In this document: positions 39,225-46,727 of the stretch, piece by piece
Numbering within the stretch: the stretch's first letter is position 1
Layout: each line of letters starts with the position of its first letter
From: an uncultured Lachnospiraceae bacterium
GTDB taxonomy: Bacteria > Bacillota > Clostridia > Oscillospirales > CAG-272
DNA: 64,000 nucleotides
Reading direction: 5' to 3'
NCBI GenBank assembly: GCA_964413365.1
Contig: CAYPRM010000004.1
Coordinates: 925-64,924, forward strand
Translations under genes and position numbers: made by a program
The notes under the pieces: model-generated
What the model saw: the letters and a program-made list of their open reading frames with translations, nothing else
Databases searched by the model: none
Told to the model about the DNA's origin: nothing

Positions 39225-39261
39225 AAAATTAAGATTTTTCAAAAAAATTTTCAAAATCTCT

Positions 39262-39290
39262 TGCAATTTTGAGCATTGTGTGCTATAATG
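39262..39290 (+). promoter_or_regulatory. Sigma-A type promoter for rpmB
   Basis: It reads TTGCAA-N17-TATAAT with TGTGC before the -10 element. Confidence 0.55.
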
Positions 39291-39353
39291 TCTAATGTTC
39301 GTAAACTATTTATGTAAATCGTGCGTTTTAACGCTTAATCAGGAGGTGTCATT

Positions 39354-39539
39354 ATGGCAAAGTGCAGTATCTGCGGCAAGGGCGTCGTTTTCGGTCAGAA
39401 TGTTTCTCACTCTCACCGCAAGACGAACAGAAGCTGGAAGCCCAACATCAGAAAGGTAAGAGCGATCGTTAACGGCACTCCCGTTACAGTTTCGGTTTGC
39501 TCTCGTTGCCTTCGTTCGGGCAAGGTCAATCGTGCTTAA
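39354..39539 (+). CDS. rpmB: 50S ribosomal protein L28
   Basis: It has MAKCSICGKGVVFGQNVSHSHRKTNRSWKPN. The length is 61 aa. Confidence 0.95.
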   Translation: MAKCSICGKGVVFGQNVSHSHRKTNRSWKPNIRKVRAIVNGTPVTVSVCSRCLRSGKVNRA

Positions 39540-39552
39540 TTAACGTAAAAAG

Positions 39553-39585
39553 CTGGCAGACATACCGTCTGCCGCCTTTTTATTT
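39553..39585 (+). terminator. Intrinsic terminator of rpmB
   Basis: The hairpin is ggcagac-ataccg-gtctgcc, followed by gccttttta. Confidence 0.6.
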
Positions 39586-39607
39586 CTATGGGAGGGATCG
39601 GATCAAA

Positions 39608-40288
39608 ATGTTTGCATATATAAGTCAGAGGGCGGATAGTGAGATCCTTTGCGCCCTCGGGGAGCGTGGTGTGGAGGTGCGCACGGTCGCCCCGTACCCA
39701 ATGCTCGCAGAGCCCGTGGCATCGCACGCGGATATGCTCATGCTCGATATCGGTAATACCGTACTTGTGCCGAGGGGATTTTCGGCGGAGCTGTCGGGCT
39801 TTGATGATGTCATTACTATTCCGGAAGCGATGGGGGAGATGTACCCTCGGGACGTTCTGCTCAATATCGCTCTTGTGGGTAAGGTCGCAATAGCAAATAC
39901 CCGTACCGCCTCACCCACGGCTCTTGCGTACCTTGCGGAGCATGGGTGGCGCATAAGGCACGTAAATCAGGGCTACGCACATTGCTCCACCTGCCGCGTT
40001 GGGGAGAGCGCGATCATGACCGCCGACGAAGGAATAGCCCGTGTGGCACGCGAGGAGGGGATCGATGCTCTTTTGATACGTAGTGGATATATCGACCTGC
40101 CGCCCTACGGCTACGGCTTTATCGGCGGCGCATCGGGCAGTACGGACGGGGCGGTCTGGCTCTGTGGCTCGCTCGATCACCACCCCGACGGCGAGATGAT
40201 AAGAGAATTCTGCCACGGAAAACGGATAGAGATCATTGAGCTTTCCAATAAACCCCTCTCCGACGTTGGGGGGATAATATTCAAATAA
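39608..40288 (+). CDS. Conserved hypothetical protein (226 aa)
   Basis: The ATG at 39608 follows GGGAGGG. I recognise no family. It contains SHADMLML and GFIGGASG blocks. Confidence 0.55.
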   Translation: MFAYISQRADSEILCALGERGVEVRTVAPYPMLAEPVASHADMLMLDIGNTVLVPRGFSAELSGFDDVITIPEAMGEMYPRDVLLNIALVGKVAIANTRTASPTALAYLAEHGWRIRHVNQGYAHCSTCRVGESAIMTADEGIARVAREEGIDALLIRSGYIDLPPYGYGFIGGASGSTDGAVWLCGSLDHHPDGEMIREFCHGKRIEIIELSNKPLSDVGGIIFK

Positions 40289-40321
40289 AAAATCAGAATG
40301 AGAACATTCTGATTTTTTATT
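40288..40321. terminator. Bidirectional intrinsic terminator
   Basis: The hairpin is atcagaatg-agaa-cattctgat with an A-run and a T-run. Confidence 0.75.
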
Positions 40322-40324
40322 TAT

Positions 40325-40669
40325 CTATATTTTACTGATTTTATACCCAAGGCGGTCGAGGCGTGAGGCTATGAGCGCATCGTCAACGTCGCGGGAATAG
40401 CTTACTGTGAGGGTGGAGGTGCGGAGGTCGACTCTGCCGCTGACGCCTTCAATGTCGTTCACGGTCTCCTCGACACGCTGAGCGCAGGCAGAGCACTTCA
40501 TTCCCTCGACCTTGAATTTCTTTTTCGCCACGACGGAGCGAAGTCTTTTTCTTTTTATTTTATAGCCACCGCCACAGCAGCCGCTACGGCGTGTAAAATG
40601 CTTCACCGTCTCGATAATGCCGATAAATGCCACGAGCACGATGAGAGCCAAAATTATATAATCCTTCAT
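40325..40669 (-). CDS. Fusion protein: N-terminal TM helix plus a CCGGG Cys-rich segment (FeoB-associated-peptide-like) joined to a heavy-metal-associated (HMA) domain
   Basis: The sequence is MKDYIILALIVLVAFIGIIETVKHFTRRSGCCGGG, then the HMA fold with GMKCSACA. The start was moved to the ATG at 40669. Confidence 0.7.
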   Translation of the reverse strand: MKDYIILALIVLVAFIGIIETVKHFTRRSGCCGGGYKIKRKRLRSVVAKKKFKVEGMKCSACAQRVEETVNDIEGVSGRVDLRTSTLTVSYSRDVDDALIASRLDRLGYKISKI

Positions 40670-40729
40670 ATCTACCCCTTTCACTATACTCAAAATGCGA
40701 CTCACAGAGCCGCATTTTCAGTATATTCT

Positions 40730-40900
40730 TTATTTTTCGGTGCGTTCGGAGCCGCATTTGCAGCCCCCGACACCGCATTGTTTAGCATAGGGACAGCCTA
40801 TGCACCTTTCGCCGCGTTTTTTTGCTCTGTAAAGGTAAATGGAGATACCTGCGACCACGGCGGCAATTATCAAAATAACAATAACATCAGTCAGCGTCAT
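40730..40900 (-). CDS. FeoB-associated Cys-rich membrane peptide (56 aa); below the ORF-track length cutoff
   Basis: My own translation is MTLTDVIVILIIAAVVAGISIYLYRAKKRGERCIGCPYAKQCGVGGCKCGSERTEK. The ATG lies 3 nt after the feoB stop. Confidence 0.7.
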   Translation of the reverse strand: MTLTDVIVILIIAAVVAGISIYLYRAKKRGERCIGCPYAKQCGVGGCKCGSERTEK

Positions 40901-40903
40901 AGC

Positions 40904-42889
40904 TTATGCATGAGCCCTCAGCTCTTTATTTGTAGCGAGGATCCTCCAGACGAGGATGCCTGCAAATGCGAGAACTGCAACAAGTCCGCCGATAGCGGCA
41001 CCGACATTGAGAAGGGAAGCGTCGGTGAGGAGCGTGCCTATGGTGTAGACAAGGTAAGCGACGCTATATCCTGTGCCGAGCTGGAGTCCGATTCCGCCCC
41101 AGAGCCACTTTGCGCTCTTCATCTCGGAGGTCATAGCACCGATAGCCGCAAAGCACGGGGGCGTATAAAGGTTGAACATCATATATGCGAGAGCGGCGAC
41201 CTTGGTTATGGCGATAATGCCTGCTACCTCAGCACCTGCGCCCTCGAGTATCTCGAGCTCGTCGGGATCTATGAGATTTTCAAGTCCTACGAAGCATACA
41301 GCAAGTGTACCGACGACGTTCTCCTTTGCGATAAATCCCGTGATAGCCGCCGCCGCGAGCTGCCAAGAGAACACGCCGACGATCGGAACGAGAAGGTATG
41401 CAAAGGGATCTGCGATGGATGCGAGAATGGAGTCGTTTGCGTTTTCAGCAACGGTGAAGCTCCATGTGAAGCTCTGCATGATCTGCACTGCCATATTGCA
41501 AAGCAGGATGATGGTGGCTGCCTTTACTATGTATGCCCAGCCGCGTGAGCACATCGACTTGAACGCACCCCAGAAGGAGGGAACCTTATAGTCGGGAAAC
41601 TCTATGATAAAGAAGGATTTTTTGTTTCTGTTGCCTGTGATGGCATTGATGAGAAGTGCGCCGAGGAAGATGAGCACGATGCCCGTGAAATAAGCAAGTG
41701 TGCTTACCCAACCGGAATTGTCAAAGAACGCACCTGCAAAGAGCGAGATGACGGGGATCTTTGCACCGCAGGGCATGAAGGGTGTGAGCATCGCCGTAGC
41801 TCTGCGCTCACGCTCGTTCTTTATCGTTCTCGATGCCATGATTCCGGGAACTGCACAGCCTATACCGATAACGAAGGGAATGACGCTCTTGCCCGAGAGC
41901 CCGACCTTCTTGAAGATGGGATCGAGCACTACCGCAACACGGCTCATGTAGCCGCAGTCCTCAAGGAGAGCGATGAGAAAGTAGAGCACCATGACAAGGG
42001 GCAAAAATCCAACGACCGCGGAAACACCGCCGATCACGCCGTCAACGAGTATTGCGGAGAGCAGGGGATTTGCATCTGCGAGCATCTCGCCCGCCCACTC
42101 TTGGAAGGATTCGAGCACGCCCACGAGAAGATCTGCGATGGGCTGACCTACCCAGACCTGCGATATCTGGAAAACGAGGAACATTACGACTGCGAAGATC
42201 GGGATGCCGAGCCACTTATTCGTGAGGATCTCGTCGATCTTATCGCTGACGCTTATGTCCTTTGTGAGGACCTTCCTCTGCTCAACGCTCGAAACTATGG
42301 AATTGACAAATTCAAATCTCGCCTTATCCGCCTCAAGCACTGCCTCGCAGCTGGTAATGTCAACGTAGCCGTGCTTATAGGGCGCGTCCTGAGCCGTGCC
42401 TGCGCGCTTTACTGCGGTGGCAACGAGCTCCTTCAAGCCCTCGCCCGAGGTGGAAACGGTGTTTACTATGGGGCAGCTGAGCTTTTTTGCGAGAAGCTCG
42501 ACGTCGATGTGCGTTTCCTTCTTCTCGTTGATGTCGCTCTTATTGAGTGCGATGACAACGGGAACACCGAGTTCGAGAAGCTGTGTGGTGAAGAAAAGGG
42601 AACGGCTGAGGTTGCTCGCATCGACAATGTTGATGATAACGTCGGGATTTTCGTTCTTGACGTAATCACTCGTAACGCTCTCCTCGCTCGTAAAGGGCGA
42701 CATTGAATATGCGCCGGGAAGGTCAACGGCGATAAGTCGCTCACCGTTCGAGTAAATGCCCTTGATGGGGTGCTCTTTTTTGTCAACGGTAACGCCCGCC
42801 CAGTTTCCGACCTTTTCATTTCTGCCCGTGAGAGCATTGTACATGGTCGTCTTGCCTGAGTTGGGGTTTCCCGCAAGTGCGATTCTCAT
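40904..42889 (-). CDS. feoB: Ferrous iron transport protein B
   Basis: It has the G-domain MRIALAGNPNSGKTTMYNALTG followed by a polytopic permease. A GGAGG RBS is present. Confidence 0.95.
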   Translation of the reverse strand: MRIALAGNPNSGKTTMYNALTGRNEKVGNWAGVTVDKKEHPIKGIYSNGERLIAVDLPGAYSMSPFTSEESVTSDYVKNENPDVIINIVDASNLSRSLFFTTQLLELGVPVVIALNKSDINEKKETHIDVELLAKKLSCPIVNTVSTSGEGLKELVATAVKRAGTAQDAPYKHGYVDITSCEAVLEADKARFEFVNSIVSSVEQRKVLTKDISVSDKIDEILTNKWLGIPIFAVVMFLVFQISQVWVGQPIADLLVGVLESFQEWAGEMLADANPLLSAILVDGVIGGVSAVVGFLPLVMVLYFLIALLEDCGYMSRVAVVLDPIFKKVGLSGKSVIPFVIGIGCAVPGIMASRTIKNERERRATAMLTPFMPCGAKIPVISLFAGAFFDNSGWVSTLAYFTGIVLIFLGALLINAITGNRNKKSFFIIEFPDYKVPSFWGAFKSMCSRGWAYIVKAATIILLCNMAVQIMQSFTWSFTVAENANDSILASIADPFAYLLVPIVGVFSWQLAAAAITGFIAKENVVGTLAVCFVGLENLIDPDELEILEGAGAEVAGIIAITKVAALAYMMFNLYTPPCFAAIGAMTSEMKSAKWLWGGIGLQLGTGYSVAYLVYTIGTLLTDASLLNVGAAIGGLVAVLAFAGILVWRILATNKELRAHA

Positions 42890-42948
42890 ATTTTTTCCTC
42901 CAAAATATATAAAATAATTTATTGACGTGAATTTTTGACGGCTTGTGA

Positions 42949-42964
42949 GTTAGCATTTGCTAAC
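42949..42964. promoter_or_regulatory. Palindromic operator-like site GTTAGC-N4-GCTAAC (feoA-feoB spacer)
   Basis: It is a perfect inverted repeat gttagcatttgctaac. It has the same core as the site at 43279. Confidence 0.4.
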
Positions 42965-43027
42965 CGACAGCCAAAAAATTGAAGGCTCATTGCCATCCAC
43001 CGCCTATCGGGGGCGAGGGGGCATTTG

Positions 43028-43246
43028 TCAAGCCTCAATTTCGATAAGATCGGCAAGCTGATTGTCGATATTATACCTTGCATCCTTGACGGAGACCGTG
43101 CAACCGCTCTTTCTGCGTGTTACGACCGTGATCCTCTCGCCGACGTAGCAGCCGAGGGTAAAGAGGAAGGAGTCGAGCTCTTCGTCGTTAGTGTTAATGC
43201 TTTTTATGATACATTCCTTGCCTTTTTCAACACTTAAAAGCGTCAT
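43028..43246 (-). CDS. feoA: FeoA family protein
   Basis: It is 72 aa with an SH3-like FeoA pattern (ECIIKSIN....LGCYVGERITV). Confidence 0.9.
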   Translation of the reverse strand: MTLLSVEKGKECIIKSINTNDEELDSFLFTLGCYVGERITVVTRRKSGCTVSVKDARYNIDNQLADLIEIEA

Positions 43247-43278
43247 TTTAACAGCGAACCTCCATTTGTAATTATTTA

Positions 43279-43294
43279 GTTAGCCTTCGCTAAC
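43279..43294. promoter_or_regulatory. Palindromic operator-like site GTTAGC-N4-GCTAAC overlapping the feoA transcription start region
   Basis: The sequence is gttagccttcgctaac. It begins 8 nt downstream of the -10 hexamer of the feoA promoter. Confidence 0.45.
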
Positions 43295-43302
43295 CGATTG
43301 TT

Positions 43303-43331
43303 ATTATATACCCACGGTCCGCATTTGTCAA
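43303..43331 (-). promoter_or_regulatory. Sigma-A type promoter for feoA-feoB
   Basis: On the minus strand it reads TTGACA-N17-TATAAT (consensus hexamers). Confidence 0.6.
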
Positions 43332-43585
43332 TAGATTTTTTGAAATTTTTTCCGAATTTTTGATTTTTGTGAATATGCTCAAACCGAGCCGCTGTTTTTC
43401 CCAAAAATCCGCACATTTTTGACAATGAGATGAATGATCTCTCGTTCGCTCTCCCTCGTTCGCGTAGCGAATATATCGAGCGCCGTAGGCGGATATCGAA
43501 ACGTCCACCACCCCACGCAGCCCGTGTTGCCGAAGCGATGGTAACCCACAATCCGTATGGCTACGGAGAGCGATTTTAGGATTTT

Positions 43586-43618
43586 GAAAAAAAGCAGGAG
43601 GAGCAGACTCCTCCTGCA
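43586..43618 (-). terminator. Intrinsic terminator of the PEPCK gene
   Basis: On the minus strand the hairpin gcaggaggag-tctg-ctcctcctgc is followed by a U-run. Confidence 0.7.
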
Positions 43619-43696
43619 TTATAGAACAGGGATACAAAATCACTTATCCATATTTAAGAGCTTGATTTCCTTTTGGTATACCAAATCGGGATATGA

Positions 43697-45496
43697 TCAT
43701 TTCTTACCGAGTCTATCCTCGAGCGCATCAAGCTCCAGATACAGCTCCCGTGGCACACGCTCGCCGACGGTGAAATAGAAATTGCGAATATCGGCTGCCT
43801 CATCGAGCCATTCCTTGCGGTCGATGCTCAGCAGCTCCTCGATATCGGAGACCGTACAGTTATCAAGCCCCTCAAGGCAGATATCTTCGGCGTTTGGCAG
43901 ATAGCCTATCTCCGAGCGACGTGCTCCGACCTCTCCGTCACAGCGGCGGAGTATCCAATCGAGCACGCGCATATTATCGCCGAAGCCTCGCCAGAGGAAG
44001 TGCCCCTCTGCGTCCGTTCTGAACCAGTTGACGTGGAAGATCCTTGGAGGATCGGATATGCTTCCTCCGATCTCAAGCCAATGTGCGAAATAATCGCCCA
44101 TATCGTAGCCGACGAAGGGACGCATCGCCATAGGATCACGTCTTACAACGCCTACCTTGCCCGTGGCGGCTGCGGTTGTTTCACTCGCCATCGACGAGCC
44201 GACGAACGTTCCGTGTGTCCACGAGAAGGACTCGTAGACGAGGGGCGCGAGCCTTGCTCTCCTGCCGCCAAAGACGATAGCGGAGATCGGCACGCCGAGA
44301 GGATCGCGGAATTTATCCGAGAGGCAGGGGCAACCCTCCGCAGGGGCGGTGAAGCGTGAATTGGGGTGCGCTCCGAGCGTTTTGGAATCGGACTTGACGT
44401 ATTTTTCGGGATCCCAGCTCTCGCCTCGCCAATTTATGGCGTTGTGGGGCGGCTCATCATCAAGTCCCTCCCACCAAACGGTGTTTTTGTCGAGATCGTG
44501 GACTACATTTGTGAATATCGTATTTTTCTGAACGGTATGCAGAGCGTTGGGATTCGTGCGCTCGCTCGTTCCGGGGGCGACACCGAAGAAGCCGTTTTCG
44601 GGATTGATCGCCCAGAGCCGCCCGTCCTTGCCCTTGCGAAGCCACGCGATATCGTCGCCGAGGCAACGCACGCGGTAGCCGAGCGATGTGTAGTGCTCGG
44701 GCGGCACGAGCATTGCGAGATTTGTCTTGCCGCACGCCGAGGGAAAGGCGGCGCAGATGTATTTTTTATCGCCGTCGGGACGCTCCACCTCAAGTATGAG
44801 CATATGCTCCGCAAGCCAGCCCTCGTGCCGTCCGAGATAGGACGCTATGCGCAGGGCGAAGCATTTTTTGCCGAGCAGAACGTTACCGCCGTATGCGGAA
44901 TTTATCGACCAGATCGTATTATCCTCGGGGAAATGCGCGATGTACCTGTTCTCGGGATCGAGCTGTGCGACCGCGTGCAGTCCTCTGACAAAATCGCCAT
45001 TTTCGCCTATTGCCTCCAGCACGTCGATTCCAGCGCGCGTCATTATGAGCATATTGAGCACGACGTATATTGAATCCGTAAGCTCAATACCGTATTTTGC
45101 GAACGGAGAGCCGACGATGCCCATTGAATAGGGAATGACGTACATCGTCCTGCCGTGCATCGCTCCGCGGTAGAGGCGTGAGAGCCTTGCGTAGCACTCG
45201 GAGGGATCCATCCAATTATTTATATTGCCTGCGTCCTCACGGGAGCGTGTGCAGATAAAGGTTCGGTCCTCGACGCGTGCCACGTCGGAGGGATCGCTCC
45301 TGTGAAGATAGCACCCTGGCATAAGCTCCTCATTCAGATGAATAAGCTCGCCGCTCTTGCACGCGGTGGCACGAAGCTCCTCTGCCTGCTCCTGCGAGCC
45401 GTCGATGAGAACGATCCTATCCGGCTCGGTCATCCTCGCGCAGTCCTCTATCCAGCGTATCAGCTCCTTATTGCCAAGTGCTCTGATTCTGTCCAT
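43697..45496 (-). CDS. pck: Phosphoenolpyruvate carboxykinase (GTP)
   Basis: It has the GTP-PEPCK motifs FPSACGKTNLAML and NGFFGVAPGTS. The length is 599 aa. Confidence 0.95.
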   Translation of the reverse strand: MDRIRALGNKELIRWIEDCARMTEPDRIVLIDGSQEQAEELRATACKSGELIHLNEELMPGCYLHRSDPSDVARVEDRTFICTRSREDAGNINNWMDPSECYARLSRLYRGAMHGRTMYVIPYSMGIVGSPFAKYGIELTDSIYVVLNMLIMTRAGIDVLEAIGENGDFVRGLHAVAQLDPENRYIAHFPEDNTIWSINSAYGGNVLLGKKCFALRIASYLGRHEGWLAEHMLILEVERPDGDKKYICAAFPSACGKTNLAMLVPPEHYTSLGYRVRCLGDDIAWLRKGKDGRLWAINPENGFFGVAPGTSERTNPNALHTVQKNTIFTNVVHDLDKNTVWWEGLDDEPPHNAINWRGESWDPEKYVKSDSKTLGAHPNSRFTAPAEGCPCLSDKFRDPLGVPISAIVFGGRRARLAPLVYESFSWTHGTFVGSSMASETTAAATGKVGVVRRDPMAMRPFVGYDMGDYFAHWLEIGGSISDPPRIFHVNWFRTDAEGHFLWRGFGDNMRVLDWILRRCDGEVGARRSEIGYLPNAEDICLEGLDNCTVSDIEELLSIDRKEWLDEAADIRNFYFTVGERVPRELYLELDALEDRLGKK

Positions 45497-45546
45497 ATAT
45501 ACCTCCGAAAATACTGAATAATAACATTTTATGCTGTATTTACATT

Positions 45547-45575
45547 ATTGTATCACAAATTCACGGTTTCTTCAA
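45547..45575 (-). promoter_or_regulatory. Sigma-A type promoter for pck
   Basis: On the minus strand it reads TTGAAG-N17-TACAAT with TGTGA before the -10 element. Confidence 0.5.
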
Positions 45576-45618
45576 TAGACTTTAGAGATAGTGCTGAAAA
45601 TTTTTTCAAAAAAATATT

Positions 45619-45630
45619 GAACAAATGTTT
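45619..45630. promoter_or_regulatory. LexA (Cheo-type) SOS box
   Basis: The sequence GAACAAATGTTT matches the Firmicute GAAC-N4-GTTC pattern with one mismatch. It overlaps the -35 element of the lexA promoter. Confidence 0.7.
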
Positions 45631-45657
45631 GCATTTTTGCAAAAAGTGTGCTATAAT
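45629..45657 (+). promoter_or_regulatory. Sigma-A type promoter for lexA
   Basis: It reads TTGCAT-N17-TATAAT with TGTGC before the -10 element. Confidence 0.55.
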
Positions 45658-45708
45658 TGGGACATAAACCACTAAGTGGACCAAATTTGGTCCGGATCGG
45701 AGAAAAAT

Positions 45709-46317
45709 ATGAAGCATAACGATCTTACGGAGAAGGAAAGACGGGTATTTGATTATCTTGTCAGCTCGATAAATGAAAACGGCTACGCACCCTCGGTCAG
45801 GGATATCGCCGCCTCGCTCGGAATCAAGAGTACCTCGAGCGTTCACCTCTATCTGCACAATCTCGAGTCCAAGGGAATGATAGAGCAGGACGCAGGGAAG
45901 AGAAGGACTATACGCATCTGCGCACCCTTTGCGGGAATGGGCAGAGTGCCTCTGCTCGGCGCGATCACCGCAGGAAGTCCGATACTCGCCGTGGAAAATT
46001 TCGAGGGTTATGTCGATCTCCCGTGGAATAGTCCCAAATATCCCGAGGGGGAGCTTTTTGCGCTCAGAGTCAGGGGTGAGAGTATGATCGAGGCAGGGAT
46101 ACTTGACGGGGATATCGTGATCGTTCACAGGTGTAGCTACGCTGACAACGGCAGGATCGTCGTCGCGCTCGTCGGAGACGAGGCAACGGTAAAGACGTTC
46201 TATAAGGAGATGGGGCACTACCGCCTCCAGCCCGAAAATTCCACGATGCAGCCCATTATCGTCGACGAGGTCAGCCTACTCGGCACGGTCATAGCGTCGG
46301 TCAGAAGCTATGAGTGA
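45709..46317 (+). CDS. lexA: LexA repressor
   Basis: It has the wHTH GYAPSVRDIAASLGIKSTSSVHLYLHNLE, an Ala-Gly cleavage region, and S24 peptidase GESMIEAGILDGDIVIV. Confidence 0.95.
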   Translation: MKHNDLTEKERRVFDYLVSSINENGYAPSVRDIAASLGIKSTSSVHLYLHNLESKGMIEQDAGKRRTIRICAPFAGMGRVPLLGAITAGSPILAVENFEGYVDLPWNSPKYPEGELFALRVRGESMIEAGILDGDIVIVHRCSYADNGRIVVALVGDEATVKTFYKEMGHYRLQPENSTMQPIIVDEVSLLGTVIASVRSYE

Positions 46318-46366
46318 TAAAATATCGAAAAATAAAAATAATTTTTGAAAAATTTCAAAAAAGGTA

Positions 46367-46394
46367 TTGACATTTTTGAAAAAACGTGTATAAT
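46367..46394 (+). promoter_or_regulatory. Sigma-A type promoter for tRNA-Leu
   Basis: It reads TTGACA-N16-TATAAT. Confidence 0.55.
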
Positions 46395-46422
46395 AACATT
46401 GTTGTGTTGATAAACACGGCAA

Positions 46423-46505
46423 GCGAGAGTGGCGGAACAGGCAGACGCGCACGTTTGAGGGGCGTGTGGGAGACCGTACGGGTTCGATTCCCGTCTCTCG
46501 CACCA
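46423..46505 (+). tRNA. tRNA-Leu (anticodon GAG), type II with a long variable arm, CCA encoded
   Basis: The acceptor is GCGAGAG/CTCTCGC, the anticodon arm is CACGT-TTGAGGG-GCGTG, and the T-arm is GGTTCGATTCC. Confidence 0.9.
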
Positions 46506-46510
46506 AAAAA

Positions 46511-46537
46511 CCACTTGCTATGCAAGTGGTTTTTTTT
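46511..46537 (+). terminator. Intrinsic terminator of tRNA-Leu
   Basis: The hairpin ccacttgc-tat-gcaagtgg is followed by tttttttt. Confidence 0.85.
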
Positions 46538-46588
46538 CAGTTAAGCTTGCCTTGCGGCACGAGAAGCGTCTGCGGACGTTGGTGGACT

Positions 46589-46694
46589 CAACTTCACTTT
46601 GTGCGCAGCACAAAGCTTCACTAAAGCAATAGGCTTTTACTTCACTGCAAAGCAACTTCACTTTGTGCGCAAGCACAAAGCTTCACTAAAGCAA
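46589..46694. repeat. Two direct copies (41 and 42 nt) of a hairpin-containing repeat, with a partial copy between them
   Basis: The copy caacttcactttgtgcgca(a)gcacaaagcttcactaaagcaa occurs at 46589-46629 and 46653-46694. Each contains the inverted repeat ctttgtgc/gcacaaag. Confidence 0.7.
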
Positions 46695-46722
46695 AAAATC
46701 ACGCCGAGGCGTGATTTTTTTG
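46693..46722. terminator. Bidirectional intrinsic terminator (serves the minus-strand kinase gene)
   Basis: The hairpin is atcacgcc-ga-ggcgtgat with an A-run and a T-run. Confidence 0.8.
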
Positions 46723-46727
46723 CTTTA

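Noticed and set aside
40598-41548. 316-aa plus-strand ORF. Similar cases are 46599-47504, 55641-56621, 58584-59519, 27364-28281, 36349-37029, 38505-39266, 31821-32630 and 44366-45073.
   Set aside because: Each lies antisense to, or out of frame within, a confidently identified gene (feoB, kinase, 948-aa protein, lipoprotein, ligase, flavoprotein, eno, uvrC, pck). None has supporting start signals.
43296-43696. ORFs of 91 and 117 aa on the minus strand in the feoA-pck spacer
   Set aside because: They have no RBS and odd composition. The region contains the feoA promoter and the pck terminator, so I treat it as non-coding.
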